From contig JBGATK010000003.1 in NCBI GenBank assembly GCA_044229265.1, forward strand, positions 24,638 through 88,637: a DNA stretch of 64,000 nt, given 5' to 3'. Position 1 is the first letter of the stretch, and the number at the start of each line of letters is the position of its first letter. Shown here one piece after another: positions 26,045 to 36,739 of the stretch. The notes under the pieces were generated by a model. That model was given only the letters and a program-made list of their open reading frames with translations, searched no databases and had not been told where the DNA came from. The position numbers were made by a program, and so were the translations under genes. Source of the DNA: Minisyncoccia bacterium (GTDB lineage Bacteria > Patescibacteriota > Minisyncoccia > Phycocordibacterales > UBA9973).

Positions 26045-27071
26045 CTTGATTGCGAATTAAAACTTCTTTGTAATTTTCTAAATCGTCCAAAATAATTCCA
26101 GTACCACGAGCTACAGCAGAAAGTGGATCATCTACTACATAAACTGGTATTTTAAGGTTATTTTGTAATAGTTGATCAAGTCCGAGAAGTAATGCCCCGC
26201 CACCAGAGAGCATAATACCCCTGTGCATTATATCAGAGAGAACTTCTGGTGGTGTTGTTTCGAGCACATCTTTAACTCCATCAATAAATTCATGAATAGA
26301 TGGTGAGAGTGCTTCGCGTATATCACCATCGGTCACTATAACTTCACGAGGAAGTCCAGTCAGTAAATCTCGTCCACGGATTTCAGTTTCCATATACTCA
26401 CCTGGTAATACTGAACCAATAGACATTTTTACGGCCTCGGCAGTATTTTCACCAATCATTATTTTAAATTCATCACGCATATAAGCAATAATATCTGCAT
26501 TTAATTTATCACCAGCAATTTTTAGATTTTTAGATTTTACAATACCACCGAGCGCTATAACTGCTATGTCCGTAGTGCCACCACCAATATCTATAATCAT
26601 AGAACCGATAGCTTCTTTGATAGGCATGCGCACACCTATCGCGGCCGCCATAGGTTCTTCAACCAAGTAAACTTCACGGGCACCTGCAGAGCGAGCGGCA
26701 TCATATACAGCACGAGTTTCGACATTTGTAGAACCAGTAGGAACGCCCACTACCACTCGAGGTCGTGCGAATTTTTTAGAAAATTTATCAGCTTTGTTTA
26801 TGAGGTAAGCAAGCATTTCTTCAGTAACTTCAAAATCTGAAATCACGCCGTCTACGAGTGGGCGCACTGCGCGAATGTGCCCTGGAGTTTTACCCAACAT
26901 TTCTTTAGCTTTTATACCGACAGCTAGTATTTGATTAGTCTTACTATTTACTGCTACTACAGAAGGCTCATTAATAACAATGCCATGCCCTTTCAAATAG
27001 ACCAGTGTGTTAGACGTGCCTAAATCAATACCAATATCATTTGAAAATAATTTATAAAATTTTTTAAACAT
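26025..27071 (-). CDS. mreB: Rod shape-determining protein MreB
   Basis: MFKKFYKLFSNDIGIDLGTSNTLVY... actin-fold motifs. Start placed at MFKKF rather than the ORF's first Met. Confidence 0.9.
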   Translation of the reverse strand: MFKKFYKLFSNDIGIDLGTSNTLVYLKGHGIVINEPSVVAVNSKTNQILAVGIKAKEMLGKTPGHIRAVRPLVDGVISDFEVTEEMLAYLINKADKFSKKFARPRVVVGVPTGSTNVETRAVYDAARSAGAREVYLVEEPMAAAIGVRMPIKEAIGSMIIDIGGGTTDIAVIALGGIVKSKNLKIAGDKLNADIIAYMRDEFKIMIGENTAEAVKMSIGSVLPGEYMETEIRGRDLLTGLPREVIVTDGDIREALSPSIHEFIDGVKDVLETTPPEVLSDIMHRGIMLSGGGALLLGLDQLLQNNLKIPVYVVDDPLSAVARGTGIILDDLENYKEVLIRNQDELPPR

Positions 27072-27090
27072 AATTACACATTCGTAGGGA

Positions 27091-28359
27091 CTAATCTTTA
27101 GCAACTAATTTATTTACTAAATCTTCTATTTTTACAATCTCTGACTTATCTTCAATACGTTTTTTGAGCTCTACTCCTCCAGCTTCTATCGAACGCGCTG
27201 AAACTACTATTCGGTATGGCATACCAAGCAAATCCGCATCTGCGAATTTCTCTCCTGCTGTTATACCAGAGCGATCATCAAACAAAACTTCGATATTCTT
27301 TTGCTTTAACATTTCATAAACATTTTCAGCTTCTTGTTTTATTTTAGCATCTTCACCAAGTACAAGCAGGTGCACTAAAAAAGGTGCGATACTCACAGGC
27401 CAGATTATACCTTTATCATCGGACAAGGTTTCTACAACTGTGCCCATAAGTCGTCCAAGTCCAATACCATAACTACCCATTATCACTGATTTTTCCTCAT
27501 TATTTTCATTAGTATAATTTAAATCAAATGGCGTAGAAAATTTTGTACCTAAAGAAAATATATTACCGACTTCTACTGCTTTTTGTTCAACTAATTTATC
27601 TTTCTCTAGATTCAAATCTTTTAAAACTTCATCATTTAACACCTCTTGATTTATAGCTATGCCTTTATTTTCATCAACATAAATAGTATCTTCGCCAGCA
27701 GGAGTGAGAGTTTGAAATTCGTGTGAGAATTTTGAAAAAGTTCCACCGGAAGCAAAAGTAAGATATGTGATATGGCCTATACCTACACGTTTAAATATAT
27801 TTACATATGCTTGTTTAATTTTTTCATAAAAAATATTATGTTCTGCCTCATCTTTAGAAAAAGAATACAAGGCTTTCCAATAAAATTCCCGTCCTCGCAT
27901 TATGCCTGACTTACTACGAATTTCATTACGAAAAATAGTTTTAAAATCATAAGGAAAAATTGGTAAATCTTTATACGAACTAATGTATTGTTTCATAATA
28001 TTTGAAAAAGCTTCCTCATTTGTGAAAGACAATCCTACTTCGCCACCATTTTTTAATTTTGTTTTAAACCAATTATCTACAACTTCATCATCCCATCTAT
28101 TTGATTTTTCCCAAATTTCTTTATTTTGCAAAACTGCTGTGCGCATTTCAACTCCGCCAATAGCATCAATTTCCATGCGAATAATGTTTTCAATATTTTT
28201 AATCACACGCAATCCAAGAGGTAGGAAGTCGTATACCCCTGCCATCTCCTTATAAATATAACCTGCTCGAATAAGTAATTCAGCATTTTTAGAGACTTCA
28301 TCGGCTGGAGCTTCTTTTCTAGTTTTAGTAAAAAGTTGTGTTTGCTTCATATCCATCAT
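27091..28359 (-). CDS. proS: Proline--tRNA ligase, short form lacking the editing insertion
   Basis: N-terminal TQLFTKTRKEAPADEVSKNAELLIRAGYI... and class II motifs. Confidence 0.8.
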   Translation of the reverse strand: MMDMKQTQLFTKTRKEAPADEVSKNAELLIRAGYIYKEMAGVYDFLPLGLRVIKNIENIIRMEIDAIGGVEMRTAVLQNKEIWEKSNRWDDEVVDNWFKTKLKNGGEVGLSFTNEEAFSNIMKQYISSYKDLPIFPYDFKTIFRNEIRSKSGIMRGREFYWKALYSFSKDEAEHNIFYEKIKQAYVNIFKRVGIGHITYLTFASGGTFSKFSHEFQTLTPAGEDTIYVDENKGIAINQEVLNDEVLKDLNLEKDKLVEQKAVEVGNIFSLGTKFSTPFDLNYTNENNEEKSVIMGSYGIGLGRLMGTVVETLSDDKGIIWPVSIAPFLVHLLVLGEDAKIKQEAENVYEMLKQKNIEVLFDDRSGITAGEKFADADLLGMPYRIVVSARSIEAGGVELKKRIEDKSEIVKIEDLVNKLVAKD

Positions 28360-28422
28360 ATTAACCGAAATTTAGATTTTTAGCAAAGAAATATAGCTTT
28401 ATAAATCAAGGGTTAAACAGGG

Positions 28423-29160
28423 TTGCAAAAACAGGATTTTTCTGTTAATATGAACCTTATGCAAAAAACAGAAAACAACACAGGTTTAGTAGAAAAAATG
28501 TTCGAAGCAGGGGCTCATTATGGCTACTCTAGAGCACGTCGCCACCCTAGCACTTCAAAATTCATCTATACAACCAAAAACAAGACTGACATAATCGATG
28601 TTGAAAAAACTGAAGAAATGTTAGCTAAGGGTATCGAGTTTATAAAAAGCTTAGCAGAAAAAAATAAAGTTATATTATTTGTCGGCACAAAACCAGAAGC
28701 TCAAAACGCAGTGAAAGCTGCAGCTGAAGCACTTGAAATGCCATATATGGTAGAACGTTTTATTGGTGGAACTATCTCAAACTTCTCTGAAATAAAAAAA
28801 CGCATACTCGAACTCGAAACTTACAACAAAGACCTCGCTCGTGGTGATCTAGAAAAATACACTAAAAAAGAACGTTTAATGCTCTCTAAGAAAATGGAGA
28901 AACTAACTAAATATTACGGTGGTGTTATTAATTTAAAGAAATTGCCAGATGCTGTTTTCGTAGTAGATGCTAAAAAAGAACACATAGCAGCACGTGAAGC
29001 ACTTATTTCTAAAATACCTGTTATTGCACTTTGTAATACAGACACAAATATTAAAAACATAACTTACCCTATAGTGGGTAATGATGCTAGTATTCCTTCA
29101 ATAAAATTCTTTACTGAAATGGTAGCTAATGCCTACAAAGGCGCTGTTTCTACAAAATAG
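28423..29160 (+). CDS. rpsB: 30S ribosomal protein S2
   Basis: GAHYGYSRARRHP... and downstream conserved blocks; followed by tsf. Confidence 0.9.
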   Translation: MQKQDFSVNMNLMQKTENNTGLVEKMFEAGAHYGYSRARRHPSTSKFIYTTKNKTDIIDVEKTEEMLAKGIEFIKSLAEKNKVILFVGTKPEAQNAVKAAAEALEMPYMVERFIGGTISNFSEIKKRILELETYNKDLARGDLEKYTKKERLMLSKKMEKLTKYYGGVINLKKLPDAVFVVDAKKEHIAAREALISKIPVIALCNTDTNIKNITYPIVGNDASIPSIKFFTEMVANAYKGAVSTK

Positions 29161-29177
29161 AAACTAAAATAAAATAT

Positions 29178-29957
29178 ATGTCTCAAGAAATATCAATGGA
29201 TTTGGTAAAAGAACTTAGAAATTCTACAGGAATTTCTGTTATGCAATGTCGCAAAGCACTTATCGAAGCTGAAGGCGATATGGAAAAAGCTATAGCTATA
29301 CTAAAGAAAAATAGTGCTTCTATAGCAGAGAAAAAAGCTGACCGCGAGGCAAAAGACGGTGCTGTAGTAGTAGCTACCAATGGTAATAAAAATCTAATCT
29401 TAGCATTACACTGCGAAACTGATTTCGTAGCTAAAAATGAAGACTTCGTAAAGCTAATGGATTCTCTAGCAGAAATAGCTATAAACGAAGGTGTAGATAG
29501 CATGAAAGCTAAAGCTAAAGATCTGATAGATCCAGTAATTCAAAAAACTGGTGAGAAAATTGAACTCGGTGAAGTTTCAGAAATCGATGGCAATATTGTA
29601 AACAATTATGTTCACAATGGAAAATCAGCAGTTGTTGTTTCCCTATCTGGTGGTGATAAAAACTTGGCTAAAGATATAGCTATGCACGTAGCTGCTATGC
29701 GCCCTGAATTCATAAATGAATCAGAAATATCTGCTGAGACAAAAAACATAATGCTAGAGTTATTCCAAAAAGAAGTAGAGAATGTAGATAAACCAATAGA
29801 AATAAAAGAAAAGATGCTCCAAGGTAAAATCACTAGTTATTTCAAAGAAAAAACTTTAATGGAACAACCTTTCATTAAAAATCCAGATATATCTATCGCT
29901 AAATTACTTGCAAATGCAAATGCGCAAATACTTGAAATAAAGAAGTATTTCATATAA
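29178..29957 (+). CDS. tsf: Elongation factor Ts
   Basis: UBA-like N-terminus ...TGISVMQCRKALIEAEGDMEKAIAILKK. Confidence 0.9.
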   Translation: MSQEISMDLVKELRNSTGISVMQCRKALIEAEGDMEKAIAILKKNSASIAEKKADREAKDGAVVVATNGNKNLILALHCETDFVAKNEDFVKLMDSLAEIAINEGVDSMKAKAKDLIDPVIQKTGEKIELGEVSEIDGNIVNNYVHNGKSAVVVSLSGGDKNLAKDIAMHVAAMRPEFINESEISAETKNIMLELFQKEVENVDKPIEIKEKMLQGKITSYFKEKTLMEQPFIKNPDISIAKLLANANAQILEIKKYFI

Positions 29958-29966
29958 TACAAAACT

Positions 29967-30386
29967 ATGTTCCCTATCTTTTTAACATTATTTTTTGTTT
30001 CAGTAGCTGGAATTGTGGTCCTCATCACAAAGAAGCTTTTGCAAATAGAAAAACTTCGTATTGTTTCAAAAGATGATGTATTTTTTATCGATGTACCTGA
30101 ACTTGAAGATGTCCATTATGTATTAATGAGTAAAATAAAGCGTGGTGGTTATATGGCACTAGTTATAACTATACGTGTTTATCTTTTAGGCAAATACAAT
30201 ACTAAAAAATTCGCTCATAAAGCTTATCTCAAAATAGATAATTTCCTAAAAAAATACAGTAAAGAAAAGTCAGTGAAAGAAAATAAAAAAGAAGCCTCAA
30301 AATTCCTCAAAATTGTTTCAGATTATAAGAAAAAAGTCAGTAAAATAACTGAACAAATAAAGGAAGAAGAGGGCTTTGAAATTTAA
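29967..30386 (+). CDS. hypothetical membrane-anchored Lys-rich protein (139 aa)
   Basis: ORF with an N-terminal transmembrane segment. Confidence 0.45.
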   Translation: MFPIFLTLFFVSVAGIVVLITKKLLQIEKLRIVSKDDVFFIDVPELEDVHYVLMSKIKRGGYMALVITIRVYLLGKYNTKKFAHKAYLKIDNFLKKYSKEKSVKENKKEASKFLKIVSDYKKKVSKITEQIKEEEGFEI

Positions 30387-30412
30387 AATGAGTGTGCTAT
30401 AAATAAATACGT

Positions 30413-30488
30413 GCCGGAATAGCTCAGTTGGTAGAGCAACGCTTTTGTAAAGCGAAGGTCGTGGGTTCAAGTCCCTCTTCCGGCTCCA
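30413..30488 (+). tRNA. tRNA-Thr (anticodon TGT), CCA encoded
   Basis: GCCGGAA acceptor stem, D-arm GCTCAGTTGGTAGAGC, anticodon loop TTTGTAA, T-loop TTCAAGT. Terminator follows at 30494..30528. Confidence 0.8.
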
Positions 30489-30529
30489 AAATCAAAAACC
30501 CATAGACTTAAAAGTCTATGGGTTTTTGA

Positions 30530-31255
30530 TTAGTTTTTATTTAAAGCTTCTGCCTCTTCTTTTTTTTCTTCTAAATCAAAAGTATCTTTTATAAGTTTTC
30601 CAAGAGATTCAGTATCTGAATAACCTGTAAGTACCTTTTCATCCACAACCAATGCTGGGAGTTTGGTGTCGGAAATTTTATATATCGAAAGCATAGAACG
30701 CACAGCAGAAAGGTCTGTTGAATAATCAAAAGAATAAACACGCAAGTTCGGATACTTTTCACGCAAAGTAGAAAGAACTATACTTTGTTTACTACATTCG
30801 CTACAATTTTCAGCTGTAGTATAGAAATACAATATAAAAGCGTATTTAGTACCACAACGTTCTGAAACTTTTTTCATTAACAGATAATCTTTGATTTGAA
30901 GTAGTGAGTAATATTTACGTAAATAAAGAACTTCGTCTTTGTTTAATAAATTCTGCTCTCCCCATTCAAGTTTTTTACTAAGCTCGCCAAGCTCACCTGA
31001 TAAAAATGAATCATTTACATTTTTGCAAGATAAATCTTGTAAAAGTGAAAACTGAGTTTCTGAAGAAAGTACGTCAATGGCTATTTTATTTTGAATACTT
31101 TGTAATTCTGCTATCTTTTTACTACTAAAATAATTACTTAAATAACTAGCAAGAAGAAATAAGCCTATAGTAAACAAGAAAACTATTAAATATTTTTTCC
31201 AATCAATGTTATTGTGCATAAAAGTTATATTATCGCCAAGCTGGCTTTTTTGCAA
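30530..31255 (-). CDS. Membrane-anchored thioredoxin-like protein (CSEC redox motif)
   Basis: N-terminal transmembrane segment and a CxxC within a thioredoxin-like fold pattern. Confidence 0.5.
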   Translation of the reverse strand: MQKSQLGDNITFMHNNIDWKKYLIVFLFTIGLFLLASYLSNYFSSKKIAELQSIQNKIAIDVLSSETQFSLLQDLSCKNVNDSFLSGELGELSKKLEWGEQNLLNKDEVLYLRKYYSLLQIKDYLLMKKVSERCGTKYAFILYFYTTAENCSECSKQSIVLSTLREKYPNLRVYSFDYSTDLSAVRSMLSIYKISDTKLPALVVDEKVLTGYSDTESLGKLIKDTFDLEEKKEEAEALNKN

Positions 31256-32474
31256 CTATTGTATTCCAAATGGCTTTTAATAGCCAAAATGGAGCAATAA
31301 TGCTATATATTAAAAAGAAATAAATCATATTCACAGAAAATGGTATTTTCTTATTCGCCATCTTTCTACCTAAGATCATAGAAGTGAAAACTAGGATGTA
31401 TAAAAATATAGTCAGGAAAAGAAGCGATCGAGTATTTATAAAAAATGGATCAAAAGAAGAAATTTTACTTCCAAATTCAAAACCAGAAATACTATAGTAC
31501 TCTACTTTCTCGATAATAAATTTTATAAAATTGGTCAAGAACTTTATAAATAAAAAAGATGCAGTAATTATAGAAATAATTCCTACTGGCACAGTAAATA
31601 GAGCGAAATTACCATATTTTTTTCTAAAAATAGTATTTTTATAATCAAGAGTATTATTTATAAAACCATAAATCCAACGCAAGCGTTGTTTAAAAAGTTT
31701 TTTTACAGTACTAGGAGCATTTGTATATACAAAAGCGTCATTGCATTGCTCTATCTTATAGCCATTGACTTGCATCCGATAAGCTATTTCCATATCTTCT
31801 GTATTGTGTGCATGTCTATAGGGACCTAAATTATCAAAAACTTCTCTGCGGAATACAGTAAGAGGACCGGGAGTCACGTGTATAGCACCCAAAAAACCAA
31901 GCATTTTTTTTACATACACAGCCATTTCGTATTCGGCACCTTGAGCTTTTTGCAAAATATTTTTTGGCTCATTTACGATTATAGATGGTGCCACCGCCAT
32001 AGAGGAAGGCACTTTTTCAAAATAACTCATAATTCTAATCAAAGATTCCTTTTCAGCAAAAGCATCTGCATCCAAACATCCAAAAAATGGAGCGTTTGAC
32101 TTTTCTAAAGCTAAATTCAGTGCAGTATGCTTGCCACCATTTTCTTTTCGTAGAATCTCAACATTTGGTTCATTTCCAAATTGCTTCATAACTTCAAAAG
32201 TATTGTCACTGGAGCCATCATCTATAAGAAAAATTTTTAATTTATCTTTAGGATAATTGAGTGCGAGAAGCGAATGCATCGTCCTCTCAATAGTGCGCCC
32301 TTCATTCCAAGCTGGAACAGCAATACTAACCATAGGGTAATTTTGCAATGTTATAGCACCATCTCGAATTAAAATTCTTTTTCTATTTTCAAAAAAAGTA
32401 ATCAGAAAAAAGAGCTGTGCATACACAGACAAAAATACTAGAGCGTAAAATACTAGGCCGAAAAAGGAATCCAT
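31230..32474 (-). CDS. Family 2 glycosyltransferase, membrane-embedded
   Basis: AVPAWNEGRTIERT...IFLIDDGSSDNT plus C-terminal transmembrane helices. Confidence 0.8.
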   Translation of the reverse strand: MDSFFGLVFYALVFLSVYAQLFFLITFFENRKRILIRDGAITLQNYPMVSIAVPAWNEGRTIERTMHSLLALNYPKDKLKIFLIDDGSSDNTFEVMKQFGNEPNVEILRKENGGKHTALNLALEKSNAPFFGCLDADAFAEKESLIRIMSYFEKVPSSMAVAPSIIVNEPKNILQKAQGAEYEMAVYVKKMLGFLGAIHVTPGPLTVFRREVFDNLGPYRHAHNTEDMEIAYRMQVNGYKIEQCNDAFVYTNAPSTVKKLFKQRLRWIYGFINNTLDYKNTIFRKKYGNFALFTVPVGIISIITASFLFIKFLTNFIKFIIEKVEYYSISGFEFGSKISSFDPFFINTRSLLFLTIFLYILVFTSMILGRKMANKKIPFSVNMIYFFLIYSIIAPFWLLKAIWNTIVAKKPAWR

Positions 32475-32495
32475 TGTTTAGAAATTTTAAATAAA

Positions 32496-32804
32496 TTACA
32501 TTTGTGAACCAGATGCAGGTGCGGAAACTTTACAGTCTGCACAACCAGCTTTACAAGTTTTACACTTACAACCAAAAATCATGACTATTGCACAAATACC
32601 TACCAAAACGTAAACAATAGCTTCTACTGTAGGCCATGCACCTAAAAGAATATTCACTAAATTCCAAGATGTAGCTGAACTAGCGAGCATACCAGCTCCT
32701 ACTAAACCCCAATTTACTCCACCTACGATTACTAATATTTTTGCAATCATGGAAGTGGTGCAACCACAGTGCCAATTTTTGCAATTACTTGAATTCATAC
32801 ACAT
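32496..32804 (-). CDS. DUF378-like small membrane protein with a Cys-rich C-terminal tail
   Basis: IVGGVNWGLVG motif; tail CKCKTCKAGCADCK. Confidence 0.55.
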   Translation of the reverse strand: MCMNSSNCKNWHCGCTTSMIAKILVIVGGVNWGLVGAGMLASSATSWNLVNILLGAWPTVEAIVYVLVGICAIVMIFGCKCKTCKAGCADCKVSAPASGSQM

Positions 32805-32935
32805 AATTTTATTTACCCGAAGGCATTAAATTCTTATAAATTTCCCTTCTGCCGACACAGAAGGATTTTCTTTTATTGTAGCACGAAAAATGCTGTTCTG
32901 CTATAATTAATACATTAATAGATATAATAAAAAAT

Positions 32936-33673
32936 ATGGAAAATAACACCCAAAATAATGCTCCTGAATCTATGCCAGTAAAGAAAAGTTCAAATAATTT
33001 GAGCTCAATAATTGTAGTTTTATGCGTTATAGCTATAGGAGTTTTGCTTCTTGTAAAAACTGACCCTAAACCAAAAGACGCGCGCAATCCTGACAAAATT
33101 AATCTGGATAACCTAAACACTATACTTACTCCGCCTACTCAAGAAGAACATGTGCTTGGTGATTTAACAACTGCAAAAGTTATCATTGTAGAATATTCTG
33201 ATACTGAATGCCCTTTCTGCAAAAGATTCCACGAAACCATGCATACTGTTTTCAGCGACAGTAATGGAAAAGTGGCTTGGGTTTATAGGCATTTCCCTAT
33301 AGAACAACTTCACTCCAAAGCTATGCGTGAAGCATTAGCTACTGAATGCGCATGGGAACAAGGTGGCAATGAGACTTTCTGGAAATATACAGATGAGATT
33401 TACAAGCAAACCAATTCTAATGATTCATTACCAGAGATAGCACTTACAAATATAGCTTCTGATTTGAACCTTGATATAGACAAATTCCAAAATTGTTTAA
33501 AAACAGAAGGATATAAAGAAAAAGTTGACGCTCAAATATTCTCAGGCCAAAATCTAGGAGTAGAAGGAACTCCTAGCTCATTTATCATAGTAAATGGTTT
33601 AATTGTTGATACTATAAAAGGCGCATTACCGTATGCGAGTGTAATGTCTCAAATTAAAAATTATTTAGAGTAA
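32936..33673 (+). CDS. DsbA-family thiol:disulfide oxidoreductase
   Basis: N-terminal transmembrane segment plus ECPFCKRFH. Confidence 0.8.
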   Translation: MENNTQNNAPESMPVKKSSNNLSSIIVVLCVIAIGVLLLVKTDPKPKDARNPDKINLDNLNTILTPPTQEEHVLGDLTTAKVIIVEYSDTECPFCKRFHETMHTVFSDSNGKVAWVYRHFPIEQLHSKAMREALATECAWEQGGNETFWKYTDEIYKQTNSNDSLPEIALTNIASDLNLDIDKFQNCLKTEGYKEKVDAQIFSGQNLGVEGTPSSFIIVNGLIVDTIKGALPYASVMSQIKNYLE

Positions 33674-33676
33674 AAA

Positions 33677-34954
33677 CTAATCGAAATAATTTTTCAATCG
33701 GGAGATTTTTTCGTTCTGACGAAGTTTGTCGTGAACTTTAGCTTCGATTTGACGAATACGTTCACGAGTAACATTGAATTCCTCGCCTACTCTTTCTAAA
33801 GTGTGCTGTATATTGTCTACTAAACCAAAACGCATTTCTAATATTTTGCGCTCTTTTGGATTAAGTTCATCTAATACTTCTTTAATTTGATCAGCTAAAA
33901 TTCTACGAGCAGCATCTTGATCAGGACGCAAAATTTTATCATCTGGAATAAAATTTTCGAGAGTAGATTTATTATCATCATCTCCTACTGGTTGTTCGAG
34001 AGAAACTGTTTCTTGATTTATATTTTCTATAACATGAATTTTATCTACAGGAAGGCCCATCTCAGTAGCTATTTCTTCAGCGAGTGGTTCACGGCCGAGG
34101 TCTTGTGAAAGTCTACGGTAAACTTGCTTGTATTTAGAAATTGTTTCTACCATGTGAACTGGAATACGAATAGTGCGAGATTGATCGGCAAGTGCGCGAG
34201 TAATAGACTGACGTATCCACCAAGTAGCATATGTTGAAAATTTATAACCCTTAGTCCAATCAAATTTTTCAACTGCTTTAAACAAACCCAAATTCCCTTC
34301 TTGGATTAGATCAAGAAGTGTTAAGTTTGGACTTCGGCCTACGTATTTTTTTGCAATAGAAACCACCAAACGCAAGTTAGCACGGGCAAGTAAATTTTTG
34401 GCTTCGTCATCACCCTTTTCTATACGCTTGGAAAGTTCACGTTCTTCGGCAGCATATATAAGCGGATATTGACCTATTTCTTTCAAATACATTTGAATGG
34501 AATCATATTGACCACTTTTCAATAGATCTTTATCATTTGCACTTACATCAAGATCGAGCAAATTTCCACCTTCGAGCACGTCAATACCAGCAACACCGAA
34601 TTTTTCATAAAGCTCATCTAAAAACAAAATATTGTTTTCAATATCAGGGAAAAATTTTAAAATTTCATCATAAGTAATAAAACCTCTTTTTCTACCTTTG
34701 GCTATTAACTCTTGGGATTTTTTTTCTAAATCTTCCGCCTTACGTTCACCTGCTGATAGTTTTTTGATTGGTTCTTTTTTAGGTATAGTTTTTTTAACAA
34801 CTTTTTTTATTTTAGCTTTTGCTTTTTTTACCTTTTTTATAATTTTATTTGATGTTTTTTTAACAACTTTTTTAGGTATAGTTTTTTTAACAACTTTTTT
34901 TATTTTAGCTTTTGCTTTTTTTACCTTTTTTATAATTTTATTTTTTTTCTTCAT
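33677..34954 (-). CDS. rpoD: RNA polymerase sigma-70 factor with a Lys-rich N-terminal extension
   Basis: Regions 1.2 to 4 recognisable ([11 protein letters not shown]..., region 2.4 [11 protein letters not shown], region 4 ...LTEREREVL-like). Confidence 0.9.
   Translation of the reverse strand: MKKKNKIIKKVKKAKAKIKKVVKKTIPKKVVKKTSNKIIKKVKKAKAKIKKVVKKTIPKKEPIKKLSAGERKAEDLEKKSQELIAKGRKRGFITYDEILKFFPDIENNILFLDELYEKFGVAGIDVLEGGNLLDLDVSANDKDLLKSGQYDSIQMYLKEIGQYPLIYAAEERELSKRIEKGDDEAKNLLARANLRLVVSIAKKYVGRSPNLTLLDLIQEGNLGLFKAVEKFDWTKGYKFSTYATWWIRQSITRALADQSRTIRIPVHMVETISKYKQVYRRLSQDLGREPLAEEIATEMGLPVDKIHVIENINQETVSLEQPVGDDDNKSTLENFIPDDKILRPDQDAARRILADQIKEVLDELNPKERKILEMRFGLVDNIQHTLERVGEEFNVTRERIRQIEAKVHDKLRQNEKISRLKNYFD
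34775..34942. repeat. In-frame 93-bp tandem duplication inside rpoD encoding [25 protein letters not shown] twice
   Basis: Nucleotide period of 93 confirmed by position; the protein repeat is 31 aa. Confidence 0.8.
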
Positions 34955-34976
34955 ATTTTTAATATAAGCTTGTGAG

Positions 34977-36734
34977 TTAATTTGTAAATTTATTTTGTTT
35001 TATAATTTCAATTTTATTATTTAAATCTTGGCATTCTTTTAGAATTTTTGCTGAAAGTTCTTTATCTTTTTCTATTTCAGCTTTTTGTAATTCTTTCATT
35101 TTTCTACCAAGTTCTTCTTTAAAATATTCTTCTTTAAAATTTTGCACAAGTTCCATAAAATCTTTTTTCAATTTAGGATTTTGTCCATAAAATATTTCAG
35201 CTTCAAATATCATATCATCTTTTTTATCTTGATACTTGGCTTCAACTTTTTCAAAAATGAGACCAGTGCTATCCGTCATATCTTTTATATATTCTTCAAA
35301 TGGAAATTCTGATATTTCTTTTTCTTTTTGCCAGAAAATAATACCCAAAATTTTTCTTTCTATGTAATCTAACCTAGCAAATTCGCGATTATTATTTTCA
35401 ATTTCGATAATTTCTCTTTGCAAAGGTTCTATATTCTTTATAACCTTCTTTAAATCTTCTTGCAAGCTCTGCTCTTTAATTCCTGTAAAGTCGCTAATTT
35501 TTTTAATAAAATGCATTTGTTCTACATTACTATCTAAAAATGCTACATACGGCAAGACTTCTTGCAGAACTAATCTGCCAAACTTACGCTCGTCATCCAT
35601 GCTATCTTTTTTAGCTTTGTCCAAAACAAACAAAATAATATGCTTGGAATTACGAATTACTTCTTTCCACTTCGGTATTCCATACTTTGAGATAAGATCA
35701 GCTGGATCTAAGCCCTCACCCATATCAGCAACTTTTACATCCATGCCGAGAGAAAGAGCTATTTTAGCTGCTCTTTTTATAGCAGAAATTCCAGCTTTAT
35801 CTCCATCAAAAGCAAGCACGATGTTTTGTGAAAGTCTGCGAACAAGACCTAAATTTGAAACAATATTTTCTTTGGAAAGAGTTTGATCTGAAAGAGCTGT
35901 TCCTGAAGTCGCAATAGTATTACGAAACCCAGATTGATGCGCTAAAATTAAATCCATCTGTCCTTCGACTAATATTGAAAAATTATTTTTACGAATTGTT
36001 TCTTTAGCTTTATCAAGACCAAAAAATACTGCTGATTTGCTGAATATTGGAGTTTCTGGAGAATTTAAGTATTTCGCACTTTTATCATCGTCCTCTAAAA
36101 TTCTACCAGTAAAAGCAATAATCCTGCCTGAAGTATCACAAATTGGGAACATAATTCTACCTCGGAAACGATCGTAAAAAGTCTTACCATCTTTTTCACT
36201 TTTTTTAGCTAATCCAGCAGTTTCTATTTCTTTATCTGAAAAACCAGTTTTTTTTAAGTAATTGAAAAGTTCTTGCCAAGCATTTAAAGCAAAACCAATA
36301 CGAAATTCTGAAATACTTTTTTGACTTAATCCTCGTGATTCTAGATAAGAAGTAGCTTTGGTATTAGCTGGTAAATTTTTCTCAAAAAATTTACCAGCCT
36401 CTTCCATTGCTAAAAATATTCTGTCTTTTGCTGTATCGTCTTTTATATTTTTATAATCGAGTACTACTCCTGCGCGACTCGCTAGCATTTTTAATGCACC
36501 TTTAAAATCGAGCCCTTCGAATTCTTGAACAAAAGTAAAAATATCACCTCTGGCGCTACAACCAAAACAATAATAAGAATTTCGTCCGGGCGACACGAAA
36601 AATGAAGGAGTTTTCTCGTTATGGAAAGGACATCTGGCCCGAAGATTCGAGCCAGAGCTTTCTAATTTTATGTACGAAGAGATCACATCCTCTATTTTTA
36701 ACCTCTCCTTAATTTTTTGTACTGGAGAGTCCAT
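34977..36734 (-). CDS. dnaG: DNA primase
   Basis: Zinc ribbon [13 protein letters not shown]...CFGCSARGD; TOPRIM EGQMDLI..DGDKAG. Confidence 0.9.
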   Translation of the reverse strand: MDSPVQKIKERLKIEDVISSYIKLESSGSNLRARCPFHNEKTPSFFVSPGRNSYYCFGCSARGDIFTFVQEFEGLDFKGALKMLASRAGVVLDYKNIKDDTAKDRIFLAMEEAGKFFEKNLPANTKATSYLESRGLSQKSISEFRIGFALNAWQELFNYLKKTGFSDKEIETAGLAKKSEKDGKTFYDRFRGRIMFPICDTSGRIIAFTGRILEDDDKSAKYLNSPETPIFSKSAVFFGLDKAKETIRKNNFSILVEGQMDLILAHQSGFRNTIATSGTALSDQTLSKENIVSNLGLVRRLSQNIVLAFDGDKAGISAIKRAAKIALSLGMDVKVADMGEGLDPADLISKYGIPKWKEVIRNSKHIILFVLDKAKKDSMDDERKFGRLVLQEVLPYVAFLDSNVEQMHFIKKISDFTGIKEQSLQEDLKKVIKNIEPLQREIIEIENNNREFARLDYIERKILGIIFWQKEKEISEFPFEEYIKDMTDSTGLIFEKVEAKYQDKKDDMIFEAEIFYGQNPKLKKDFMELVQNFKEEYFKEELGRKMKELQKAEIEKDKELSAKILKECQDLNNKIEIIKQNKFTN

Positions 36735-36739
36735 AAATT

